From Acidobacteriota bacterium (GTDB lineage Bacteria; Acidobacteriota; UBA6911; JACQSX01; JBPCNK01), in assembly GCA_051001345.1 (NCBI GenBank), contig JBPCNK010000093.1, forward strand, positions 1 to 49,750: a stretch of 49,750 nt of DNA. The letters run 5' to 3'. This document shows positions 39,286-49,400 of this stretch, in pieces. The translations under genes and the position numbers were made by a program. The stretch's first letter is position 1; every line of letters starts with the position of its first letter. Under the pieces are notes generated by a model. It searched no databases. It saw only the letters and a list, made by a program, of their open reading frames with translations, and had not been told where the DNA came from.

Positions 39286-41247
39286 ATGACCGAAGATGCG
39301 GCCGGCCGGAGAAGAACCGGCCTGGTCGAAGTTCTTTTGGATGACGCCGGTTGTCTGGCGGGCATCCGACTGGCCGGGCGGGCGCTCTACCTGACGGCCG
39401 ATCCGGGCAGGCTGCGCCGGCAGTTCGACGGAGAGACACTCGATCCTGTCCCGAAGATCTCGGAGTTGGAAGCGCATGTCTCGACTGACGCAATCATCAA
39501 GGCCAATCCCGATTGCTATTACTACGATGACCGCCTCGGGCGCCTCGTGCTGCGCTCGCTGGGCGGGGATGGGCGCATTCAGCCCGGCGACATTCGCCGC
39601 GGAGGCTTCGGCATGCTGCTGGCCGGACCGGGCTGGGGCGAAGGCTCCTCGCGCGAAGTCGCCGCGCTGGCTTTGCTGTACGCCGGCGTCGCCATCGTGT
39701 TTGCTCCGAGCATCGCGCCGATTCACCGTCAGAATCTGATCAACAACGGGATGTTTCCCGTCACCGATGAGGCGCTTGCAGTGCGCCTTGCGGCTGGCGA
39801 CACCGTCGACTCTGGCACGCTGGCAGCAAGTTTTGATCCACTGTCGGCGCGGGTACTTGCGCGCGGCGGTCTATTTCCCTACATGGAAGCCCGCGCCGCC
39901 GGCGCCGAGACAGTGCCGGCCATTGACACGCCGCCCCGCGCAATGACGATCACCGAAAAAATCCTGGCGCGCCACATGGACACGCGCCACGGAGCCGTCG
40001 CTCCCGGCGACGCCGGATTCATCCGCGTCGACACCGGCTTTTCCCACGATTACACGACGGCGCCGGCTGCCGCCGCTGTCGAGGCGGCGCTGGGACGGCC
40101 GCCGCGTGTCCGGCGTCCCCAGTCCATTCATAGTTTTCCCGACCATCTTACGCTGGCGCCCCAGTTGCCCGGCGTCACGTCCGAAGCGCTCGAAGGAATA
40201 CGCGATCTACGACAAAAACAGCGCGAGTTTGCCCAGCAGACGGGCGTAAGGTTTCACTCAACCGCCAGCGGTGGCAGCACCGGCATTTGTCACACCATCG
40301 TCCGCGAAGAGATCGCGCTGCCCGGCCAAGTGGTCCTCGGAACTGACTCGCATACCTGTTCAGCCGGGGCGCTCAACTGTCTCGCTTACGGGATCGGCAA
40401 CAGCGAGATTGCCACCATCTGGGAGCACAACGAAGTTATTGGAAAGGTTCCTGTGACGGTACGGATCGGACTCCAAGGGCGGCTGTCTCGTTCTTGCACC
40501 GCCAAGGACATTATTCTTGAATTGGCGCGACAAGCCAAAGACACCGGGCAGTTCACCGGAAAGGTGATGGAGTTTGGCGGCGCGGGACTGGCGACCCTGT
40601 CGTTGGAGGAACAGGCGGTTCTAGCGAACATGGCCACCGAGTGCAACGCACTGACAGCCGTGATGGAACCGACCGGGTCGCTGGTTGAGTATCTTCAGGC
40701 GCAGCGCGGGCTGTCGCGCGAAGTGATTCTGCCTATGTTGGTCTATCCTGACGGCGGTGCTCTTTACGAACAGATCATTCGTCTTGACCTGACCACCGTA
40801 CAGACTTTGGTGGCGCTGCCGGGGCATCCGGGCAATGGAGTGCCGCTCGACGCTGTGAGTGGGACTCCGGTCGACATGGCGTACGCGGGATCGTGTACCG
40901 CCGGCGACATCGAAGATATTGCCATGTATGCGAGTGTCCTGGTGGGTCGCCGCGTCGTCATTCCAACCATCATCCAGTACGGGTCCGAGCGCGTCCGCGA
41001 TGAAGCCGTCCGTCGCGGTTTGCACCGGCAACTCCTCGATGCCGGAGTGACTCTGATTTCCGAACCGGGCTGCGGCGCCTGCATCAATGCGGGTCCGGGC
41101 GGACCGCGCAAAGGACAGGTTGCCATCTCGGCGACCAACCGCAACATGCCGGGCCGCATGGGCGAAGGCGGCGCCTATCTGGCCAATCCGCTTGTCGTGG
41201 CGGCCACTGCCGTCAAGGGTGTGATTGTGGGGCCGGAGGACCTTTGA
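39286..41247 (+). CDS. Aconitase-family hydro-lyase, LeuD-like swivel domain fused N-terminally to a LeuC-like Fe-S domain
   Basis: STDAII, GEGSSRE (swivel); MTITEKIL, DH, GICH, DSHT, GSCTAG, GCGAC, ATNRN.PGRMG. Confidence 0.88.
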   Translation: MTEDAAGRRRTGLVEVLLDDAGCLAGIRLAGRALYLTADPGRLRRQFDGETLDPVPKISELEAHVSTDAIIKANPDCYYYDDRLGRLVLRSLGGDGRIQPGDIRRGGFGMLLAGPGWGEGSSREVAALALLYAGVAIVFAPSIAPIHRQNLINNGMFPVTDEALAVRLAAGDTVDSGTLAASFDPLSARVLARGGLFPYMEARAAGAETVPAIDTPPRAMTITEKILARHMDTRHGAVAPGDAGFIRVDTGFSHDYTTAPAAAAVEAALGRPPRVRRPQSIHSFPDHLTLAPQLPGVTSEALEGIRDLRQKQREFAQQTGVRFHSTASGGSTGICHTIVREEIALPGQVVLGTDSHTCSAGALNCLAYGIGNSEIATIWEHNEVIGKVPVTVRIGLQGRLSRSCTAKDIILELARQAKDTGQFTGKVMEFGGAGLATLSLEEQAVLANMATECNALTAVMEPTGSLVEYLQAQRGLSREVILPMLVYPDGGALYEQIIRLDLTTVQTLVALPGHPGNGVPLDAVSGTPVDMAYAGSCTAGDIEDIAMYASVLVGRRVVIPTIIQYGSERVRDEAVRRGLHRQLLDAGVTLISEPGCGACINAGPGGPRKGQVAISATNRNMPGRMGEGGAYLANPLVVAATAVKGVIVGPEDL

Positions 41248-41403
41248 ATCAGGCTCCAGGCTCCAGGGTCGTTGCAGAATTGGGAAGGCGCCGCGGCGTA
41301 GGCCAATCCGCAATCAATCCGCAACCCGCAGTTACCCTGAAGCCTGAAGCCTGAAGCCTGAAGCCCGTGCTACAATTCGCCCACCACCTGGGAGGAACAC
41401 GCC

Positions 41404-42024
41404 ATGCTGAAGAGGCTGTTACGGAGCAGGCAAAACGAGTTTTTCGGGATGCTTATCGAGATCGGCGACAATGTTGAAAAGGGCGTGGAGTTGCTCGCAC
41501 AGTTGGTTAGTTCCCCGCGCGATGCGGATGTTCTTATCAGCCAGATCAAACAGCTCGAGACGCGCGGAGATGACCATACGCGCGCGCTGGTTCGCGCGCT
41601 CAATTCCACTTTCATCACACCCTTCGACCGCGAAGACGTCCACAAACTGGCTGAAATGATGGACGACATCCTCGATTACGCCAACGAAACCGCCACCCGT
41701 TTCAAGCTATTCGGGATGGTCGATCCCGTCCCGGATTTGATCGCCATGACGCAAGTGTTCCGTGAACAGGCCCAGCACCTGGCCGCCGCAATGAGGCGTC
41801 TGGAGAACCATCGCGAGTTGTTCGATTTGTGCGCCCGTGTAGACGAATTGGAAACAAGGGCCGACCACATTTACAACGCCGCCATCGCGCGCCTGTTTCA
41901 ACAGAAGCTCGACCCGATCGAACTGATCAAGCAGAAGGACTTGATCGAGATCCTCGAAAAAGGCACCGACGAGTGCGAAGACATTTCCGATCTGATCAAA
42001 TCCATCGCCATCAAATACGCCTGA
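41404..42024 (+). CDS. DUF47 (PhoU-like) phosphate transport regulator
   Basis: E.RGD, TFITPFDRED, DDILD, E..AD, E...D.CED motifs; upstream of PiT. Confidence 0.92.
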   Translation: MLKRLLRSRQNEFFGMLIEIGDNVEKGVELLAQLVSSPRDADVLISQIKQLETRGDDHTRALVRALNSTFITPFDREDVHKLAEMMDDILDYANETATRFKLFGMVDPVPDLIAMTQVFREQAQHLAAAMRRLENHRELFDLCARVDELETRADHIYNAAIARLFQQKLDPIELIKQKDLIEILEKGTDECEDISDLIKSIAIKYA

Positions 42025-42039
42025 GTCACACCCTCTGCC

Positions 42040-43047
42040 ATGGATCAACTTTCTGCCTACGCGCTGATCATCATTCTGATTGCGCTCGCCTTTGACTACA
42101 TCAACGGATTCCACGACGCCGCCAACTCGATCGCGACGGTTGTATCGACGCGTGTTCTGACGCCCCGTCAGGCCGTCGTCTGGGCGGCCTTTTTTAACTT
42201 TATTGCCGCCTTCTTCTTTGGGACGGCTGTCGCCAGGACGATCGGCAAGGGGATGATGGACATCAACCTGGTGACCAACGAGGTCATACTCGGAGGGCTG
42301 ATCGGCGCGATCTCCTGGAACCTGATCACTTGGTATTACGGGATTCCTTCCAGCTCTTCACACGCGCTGGTGGGCGGGTATGCGGGTGCAGCCGTGGCCC
42401 ACGCCGGTTTGGGCGTGATCATCCCTTCGGGCTGGGTGAAGACCGTGTTGTTTATCTTCCTGGCGCCGGCTATCGGCTACGCGCTGGGATACTTTCTGAT
42501 GGCGCTGGTCTATCTGACGCTAGGCCGCCAATCTCCATCGAAATTGGACCGCTATTTTCGAAAACTCCAGCTCTTGTCGGCGGCCGCCTACAGCCTTGGA
42601 CACGGCACCAACGACGCGCAGAAAACGATGGGAGTTATAACCGGGGTCCTGGTGACTTCCGGCTACCAGCAGAATTTTGAAGTTCCCTGGTCGGTGATCC
42701 TGACCTGTCATGCGGCGATGGGGTTGGGCACAATGTCAGGAGGCTGGCGTATCGTCAAAACGATGGGCAGCCGCATTACGCGGCTGACGCCGATGGGAGG
42801 CTTTTGCGCGGAAACTTCCGGCGCGGTCGCCATTATCGGGGCTGCCTTGGGCGGAATCCCCGTCAGCACGACGCACACAATCACCGGGTCGATCGTCGGT
42901 GTGGGCAGCGTCCACCGAACGTCAGCCGTACGCTGGGGCGTGGCCCGCCGGATCGTGTGGGCCTGGATACTGACGATCCCCATGTCGGCGCTGATGGCCG
43001 CGCTGGCCTATGGGATTGTGACGTTAGTCGTTAACGCGAGATCGTAG
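42040..43047 (+). CDS. pit: PiT-family inorganic phosphate transporter
   Basis: NGFHDAANSIAT, PSSSSHAL, HGTNDAQK, PVSTTH. Confidence 0.95.
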   Translation: MDQLSAYALIIILIALAFDYINGFHDAANSIATVVSTRVLTPRQAVVWAAFFNFIAAFFFGTAVARTIGKGMMDINLVTNEVILGGLIGAISWNLITWYYGIPSSSSHALVGGYAGAAVAHAGLGVIIPSGWVKTVLFIFLAPAIGYALGYFLMALVYLTLGRQSPSKLDRYFRKLQLLSAAAYSLGHGTNDAQKTMGVITGVLVTSGYQQNFEVPWSVILTCHAAMGLGTMSGGWRIVKTMGSRITRLTPMGGFCAETSGAVAIIGAALGGIPVSTTHTITGSIVGVGSVHRTSAVRWGVARRIVWAWILTIPMSALMAALAYGIVTLVVNARS

Positions 43048-43083
43048 AATTAAGGACTAAGGACTAAGGACGAGGGACGAACA

Positions 43084-43406
43084 GCGGTGCCCCGAGCGTA
43101 AGAACGTGTGAAAAAAATCGAGGCCACCCCATTTCTTTCGCCCCTCTGGGGCTCATGGAGGCGACGAACCCTAAACCCAGGGCTCGCGCCCTGGGCTCTA
43201 TTATTTGCCCCCTTCGGGGGCACGTCATTCGCCCTCCGCATCGCAGCGGTGAGAGCCGTTGGGCCGTCGCAGGAGTCGAAACGAAAGTAGCCCCGCAGGG
43301 GCGAAGGATTAAAGCCCAGGGCGTAGCCCTGGGTTTCCGTTCGTCGTTTTGACAAGCCCCGCAGGGGCGAAAGATTAAGCCCCGAGCGGTACGCTCGGGG
43401 CACCGC
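43084..43406. mobile_element. REP-palindrome MITE/BIME-like element; deleted derivative at 46108-46288
   Basis: Terminal IR GCGGTGCCC(C)GAGCGTA; internal GCCCCNNNGGGGC and CCCAGGGC..GCCCTGGG palindromes. Confidence 0.82.
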
Positions 43407-43482
43407 CGTCTACACCAACAGACCAAAACCAATTCAGTGGGCCGTTGCACGCGTCCATCGCTACACGATAGGATCTGTCTGG

Positions 43483-43902
43483 ATGTCGTCGCTACCGATA
43501 CGTGAGTTGCTCCGCCAGGCGGGCTGGGTGCCGGCGGCGGTTTTTGGTTTCCACGCTGTCCTCTCGCTGTCGGGCGCCTACCAACGTCACCCAGCGCTTG
43601 ATATCCCGATGCATATTGTTGGCGGAGCTGCGATTGCATTTTTCTTTGACCGTTGTTTCGTCCGTTTGGCCCGACCCGAAGTGTCATTGCAAATCGTAAA
43701 CATAGTCAGGAATTCGGTTGTCTTCGCACTGACGGTCTCGGCCGCGACATTCTGGGAATTTGGCGAGTTCTTGTTCGATCGCGCCTTCGGCACGCACACC
43801 CAGGCAGGCCTTGAGGACACGCTTTTCGATATGGTTTTGGGAATCATCGGCGGCGTTTCCTATCTGTGTGCGGCTGCCTGGGCGAGCAGGGCTCGGACTT
43901 GA
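43483..43902 (+). CDS. Small membrane protein (DUF2238/VanZ-like)
   Basis: DIPMHIVGG, WEFGEF, DTLFDMVLGIIGG. Confidence 0.75.
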   Translation: MSSLPIRELLRQAGWVPAAVFGFHAVLSLSGAYQRHPALDIPMHIVGGAAIAFFFDRCFVRLARPEVSLQIVNIVRNSVVFALTVSAATFWEFGEFLFDRAFGTHTQAGLEDTLFDMVLGIIGGVSYLCAAAWASRART

Positions 43903-43951
43903 TAAACGCGAGCACATAGGTGCCGCTTCGCGCCTGTCCTGCATCGAATCT

Positions 43952-44036
43952 CGTGAATTATCCGGGTTAGTCCTTAGTACTTCGTACTTCGTTCTTCGTA
44001 CTTCGTACTTCGTCCTTAGTCCTTTGTACTTCGTCC
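43952..44036. repeat. Solo terminus GTGAATTATCCGGG plus TTCGTAC/TTAGTCC heptamer array, inverted partner of TAAGGAC/GGACGA array at 43050-43080
   Basis: Directly visible. Confidence 0.8.
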
Positions 44037-44051
44037 ACTTGTATGAACCCG

Positions 44052-45677
44052 TCACTCTTCTAACTTGAACTCGATGGTGACGGCGATGACGACCGCGATG
44101 GGATTGCCGTTGAGCAGTGTCGGCCGGTAACGCCACTGGCGAACGGCCTCCATGGCGGCGTCCTTGAGCAGTTCATGGCCGCGCTCGAGCCTGACTTCGC
44201 TGACTTCGCCCTGTGCGTTGATCGTCACCTGGAGTATGACGGAGCCCTCGACCCCAGCCCTTTTTGCTTTTGCGGGATACACGGGATCGATCTTGTGTAT
44301 CAGCTTAGGACCTGCGGCGTCTGCTTTGAGGCGCAGCGGCTCAGCGGATTTCGACGGCGAGTCTTTGAGAACGAAGTGCACCTCCACGCTGGCCTGCGAG
44401 CGAACCGGCTTTCCGTCCAATCGCGCCGGAAAGAACTTCCATTGCTTTAGAGACTCGGCTGTGGCCTCGCGAAGTAGTTCATGACCGCTTACGATCTCGA
44501 CGTCAACGGCGGAACCGTTTTCGTCGACGGTGACCTGTGCGACGACCTCTCCGTGGACCTTATCTTCCTTCGCTTGCATTGGATAAGTGACAGGTGTGCG
44601 TTGAGCGACCTCCGCGGGTTCCATCTGTCCGGCCGCTGCTTTGGACTTCTCCTGAGGAGTGGACTGTTGCGGCGGTTGTGCCGGCTGAGCGGGCGCCGAC
44701 TGTTCCTCGATAGGACTTTGCGAAACAGCCAGAGGGAAGGACCAGGCCGCCACACCCGCCGCGACAAACAGAACGCTCGACATCACAAAAACGGAAGCCA
44801 GAATTTGACGTTTTGACATAGACACCTCCTGCAGCATTAGGGCCACGCGCGCGGCCAGTTGAGATTCTTTTAAGAACAGCGGGCTCGGAAACAGGCGTGC
44901 TTTCCGCGTTGGTACAGCCGCCTGCAGCAATGCTTCCAAATAGAGGCGCCTGTCTCCGGTCACGCGGACGACCTCTTGATCGACGACTTGTTCCCGCGCC
45001 AACTGGATACGTGCAATCGTCGCGCGCACCAGAGGGTGGAACCAGAAAAAGGCTCGAATCAACTCTTCGCCGAGAGTCCAGGTCCAATCCCGTCGCTGCA
45101 CGTGCAGCAGTTCATGACATGTGATGGCGGTCTGAGCGGAGGGGTCCAGTTCGGTAAAGTTGGCGGGAAGGAGGACCACCGCCGGGCGGATGCCGAACGT
45201 AACCGGCATGTCAACCGAACTCGAAAGGCAGATAGTGGAGCGAACTTTGAGGCGTCTTTGCATCTCCTGGACGGCCGCGGGCAAAGGCTGTAGCGGCCGG
45301 GCCCGGCGCCTATAACTGCGCAACTGACAAAGCCCGACGCACATTCGTGTCAGGCGCCATGCGATGCCTGCCAGGAGAACCCAACCGGCCATTTGCGCGA
45401 TCGGCCAGTCGCCCAAACGGGCTGAAATGGCCTCCGCCCGAGATGCCGTGATTTGCGCCTGAGAAAAATCCACGCGTGAGACGGCTGATTCCATTTGTTT
45501 CCAAGGCTGCACAGCGGGCAGCAGCACCGAGACCAGCAGTAGCGCCTGCCAATACCGCAATGCAACCTGTGGCAGCCGCAGCGGCAACACCGACGGCAGC
45601 AGGATCCCGATTCCTGCAACGACTGTGATCTGCAAGGTCCAGGCCAGTCAATTATCGATCCAATGAACCGGAATCAT
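44052..45677 (-). CDS. BlaR1/peptidase M56 protein with two TonB C-terminal domains; in-frame TGA at codon 10
   Basis: PVTFG..P.VLLP, HELLH, FWFHP, REQVVD; two YP..AK...V.G.V TonB_C domains; ATG at 45677 overlaps blaI stop (ATGA). Confidence 0.82.
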
Positions 45678-46048
45678 CCATTCCCCCGAATCAGCAGACG
45701 GATCTTCTGGACATCTTTTTCGGAAAGCTGCCGTTGTTCCACCAGGTGCAGCAACAGGGGCTCAGCCGAGCCGTTGAACACGCGGTCGACGAAGTCACGT
45801 ACCATGGCCGCAACGATATGCTGCTTGGGACGCGCCGGCCGGTACAGAAAGGCCCGATCGACTCGCGACTTCTTCAGGTATCCCTTGGTTTCGAGGATAT
45901 TCATCATGGTCATGACCGTCGTGTAGGCCACCTTACGCCGCTTCCTCAGAGTCTCGTACACGCCGCGCACCGTCGACCTCTCGAGATCCCAGACCACCTT
46001 CATGATCTCCAGTTCCTGCTCCGTCAAGGTGCGGCTTTTCGATCGCAT
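45674..46048 (-). CDS. blaI: BlaI/MecI/CopY transcriptional repressor
   Basis: LTEQELEIMKVVW, AYTTVMTMMNILETKG, RAFLY, FNGS. Confidence 0.92.
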   Translation of the reverse strand: MRSKSRTLTEQELEIMKVVWDLERSTVRGVYETLRKRRKVAYTTVMTMMNILETKGYLKKSRVDRAFLYRPARPKQHIVAAMVRDFVDRVFNGSAEPLLLHLVEQRQLSEKDVQKIRLLIRGNG

Positions 46049-46083
46049 ACTAATTTATTAGTACTAAAGATTACCTACGTCAA
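46048..46083 (-). promoter_or_regulatory. Probable blaI promoter/operator
   Basis: On the minus strand TTGACG, then the palindrome TACTAA-TAAA-TTAGTA abutting the ATG. Confidence 0.55.
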
Positions 46084-46107
46084 GGAAATAATTTTGGAGG
46101 GGGACTA

Positions 46108-46288
46108 GCGGTGCCCCGCGCGTAAGAACGTGTGAAAAAAATCGAAACCACCCCATTTCTTTCGCCCCTCTGGGGCCTCATGGAGGCGACGAACCCTAGA
46201 CCCAGGGCTCGCCCTGGGTTTCCGTTCGTCGTTCCGACAAGCCCCGCAGGGGCGAAAGATTAAGCCCCGCGCGTTAAGCGAGGGGGCC
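46108..46288. mobile_element. Internally deleted copy of the 43084-43406 element
   Basis: Near-identical 5' and 3' parts joined at GCCCTGGG. Confidence 0.82.
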
Positions 46289-46422
46289 CCACTCCGCAAC
46301 TTCGAACCTGCATGGCCTTTGAATGGCGGGGCTCAAGTCTTGGCGGAGATGTTGCTGGCAACGGCAGATGAGGGCAATTAGCATTTCTGCCGAGGGGCCG
46401 CTCGCTTACGCGCGGCACAGCG

Positions 46423-49400
46423 TCATTCCCCGTAGGCGCTGCGGCGCGTGTTCTTCAAAAAGGCCAGCAGGTCGGCCAACTCCTGGCGGCTCAATTGCTC
46501 GTCCATTCCGGCCGGCATCACCGACACGGTGCTGGGTCTCAAGTCGGCGATGTCGCCGCGAGGGATCCGCTCTTCGGCATTGGCGCCCGTGGCCACAATG
46601 ATTTCGTCGTCGCTCTCTTTTCGGACCACGCCGTTGTGGATCTCGCCCGATCTAGTACGGACGACCACCGGCTCGTAGCTGCGGACAAAACTGATGCTGG
46701 GAAAAACAATCGCTTCCAGCAAGTCGCGTTCCGTGCGGATCTGCCCGATTTTTGTCAAATCGGGACCGAGCCTGCCGCCAAGATATCCGATCGCGTGGCA
46801 CGAAGAACAAGCAGCCTTCGCTCCATTGAAGACAGCTTGGCCGCGTCGCACGTCGCCACCTTGGAGGCTGGCCAGCAGAGTCTCCAATCGTTGCCGCTGC
46901 TGCGCGCTGCTGAGGTCGAGGGCCTCGAGCAATTCCTCGCCTTTTTTCTGCACATCCGCCGGAAACCCGGCCAGCCGCGGCCTGACAACGTCGGCGCGCA
47001 GAGCGGCGCGCCCTTTGGAACGCTGCAGCGCGTCAATGAGGCTAAGCCCCAGCTGGCGGTCGCTGGCCTTCTGGTAACAGGCCAGCAATTTGGGCAATTC
47101 GAGCGGACCTGCTTCCTGCAGCGTCCCGGTCAGGTTCAGCAACTGTGTTGTGGAAAGACTTGCGCGCGCCAACACATCGGCGGCGCTGCCGCGGATGGCG
47201 AGCGGCTGGGACGGGCCGGCATGCGAACACAAAAAATCAAATAGCTGTGAATCGACCGTGCCGATCCCGTCTGCCAATGCCGCCAACGCCCGCAGGCGCA
47301 GATCCGCCGGCCTAGTTGCGTCGCGCCCCGCCTGCAGCAAGGATGCGCGCAGTCCCGTCGCTTCCGGGCCGATCCGCAAAGCGCGTGCGGCGGCGATGGC
47401 CTGGCCGGCCAGCTCGGGATCTCTTGCAACCACAAGCCCGGCCAGGGCCGCTGTCCACGCTGCTGGTGTCACCTTCAAGGAAGCCTGCGACATGGCCTGC
47501 AGCGCCGCCAGTTGCCAATCCCGATCGGATGTCGGCCGGGCCATCGCCGCCAGCAACTTCTGAATTTCGGCAGCTCCTGCCAACCGCGCCATCTGTTGCG
47601 CGGTCTCCTGCCGTTCTGTGCCAGACAACTTGGCGTCGCGCACGCGCGCGCGAAAAAAGTCTGCTAACGCAGCGCCCCACTCAGGATGCTGATCGACAAT
47701 CCACCACGCAGTTTGCCGCAGCGTTTCGTCTTGCGATGTCAGCAGCGGCGTGACCGCATCCGGTTTCAGTCCGCCTCCGTCCATCTGATCGAGCGCGACC
47801 AGCGCCGCACGCTGAGTGGTAGAAGAGGCGCTTTGCAAACCGGCGGCAGTCGCAACGGGGTCAGCGATCTCGATGAGCGCATACACGAGGGAATGCTCCA
47901 GTATGCGATCCGGCCGCTCGGCGGCGCCTGCCAGCAGCTCTGGAACGGATCGAGGGTCGCCGATGCGGCCGAGCGCTTCAGCTGCGGCGCGGCGCACAGC
48001 GGGTGAGCCGCTGCGCAACAGCTCGGCCAGCTGTTTGAGCGCTTCGGCGTCGCGCCAAACACCGGCGGAATGAGCGGCGGTTTGACGGACACCAGCGCCG
48101 GAATCCGACAAGGCGGTTCGCACCGCGGCGCGCGCCGCCGGGTCTTCGACTCGTGTCAGCGCCCAGAGGGCGTTGCGGCGGGTTTGAATGGAGCCGGAGT
48201 TTTTCAGGACAGAGGACAGCGCCGGGACCGCCGATTGGCCCAGCTTGCCCAGCTGATGAATCGCGCGGTTGTAGACGGCGCTGCGGTCGTCACCCAGCAG
48301 GTCTGCCAGCTCGTCTGCAGGCATCGCCTTCCAATTCAACTTCAACCCGCGCGCGTCGCGCGGCCCGGAGGCGCCCTTCCTGCGGATGCGATAGATCGCG
48401 CCGAGTACGTCCGGCTTGGCCAACTGCGAACTCGGGCAGCAAATTTTGTACCATCCGCCCGTGTCGATGACCAGGAGGCTGCCGTCGGCGTCTTCGAGAA
48501 CATCGGTGGGATGAAAATCAGAATTGTCCGAGGCTACGAAGTCCGTGTCGTGCGTCTTAAAGGTCGAACCGGCCGGTTCAAGGACATGACGGGTCACCTT
48601 ATGCAAGTTAAAGAGACAAACAAACAGGTTGTCCCGATAGCCGTCGCCGAATCCATCGGAACTGTAGCGCGTCAGACCGCAGGGCACGGCCGGTCCCAGG
48701 TGCGAAAGCACCGGCATCAGGTCGCCGGTTCTTTTGTGGCCGTCAATAACGCCATGTTTCTTGCCGTAAACGCCTCCGTAGATTGCGTGGATAAGTCCAT
48801 CGCGCAGGCCGGCTTCGGGATGTTGCACAAACGTAGCCGTCAATATCCTCTCGCCTTCGGGCGTAAACGCGATATCGACGGGATTGTCCATACCGCCGGT
48901 CATCACCGTCTCGACAGCAGAAGTGCCAGGACGGCGCCGGAAGATGTGCGATGCGCGGGTAACAAGCGGCGGCAGTCCTTCGCGCTCGTGAGTTTGTTCG
49001 GCGAATGCTCCTTTGCACCAGTAAATCCATCCGTCCAGGCCGAGAAATGGGCCGTGCAGGTCGTTGGCGCAATTGGTCAGCGTCTTTCCCTGAAACCATT
49101 CCTCGCGCTGATCAGCGACGCCGTCTCCGTTCGTGTCAGTAAGCTTCCAGATGCTGGGCGGCGCAGTCACATAAAGCGATCCGTCAAACCAGAGCGTCCC
49201 CTCGGGAAACATCATGCGGTCGGCAAACACGACGCTTTTGTCGAAGCGGCCGTCGCCGTCGCTGTCCTCCAACCGGACGATACGGTGGGTCCTTTCTTCC
49301 AGCTGCTTTTGGGCTTTCACGCTGGATCCGGAAGAGTCAGCCACGTAGAGCCGGCCCAGTTCGTCAAAGTCGGCGGCGATCGGGCGATCGACCAGCGGCG

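Noticed and set aside
1525-44136. Short ORFs with VTNYTN, AYGIR, GIGDWG or YEVRRT peptides
   Set aside because: Translations of the repeat arrays rather than genes
45648-45650. Selenocysteine or genetic-code reassignment for the in-frame TGA
   Set aside because: Not a catalytic Cys position, and TGA serves as a normal stop in many genes here
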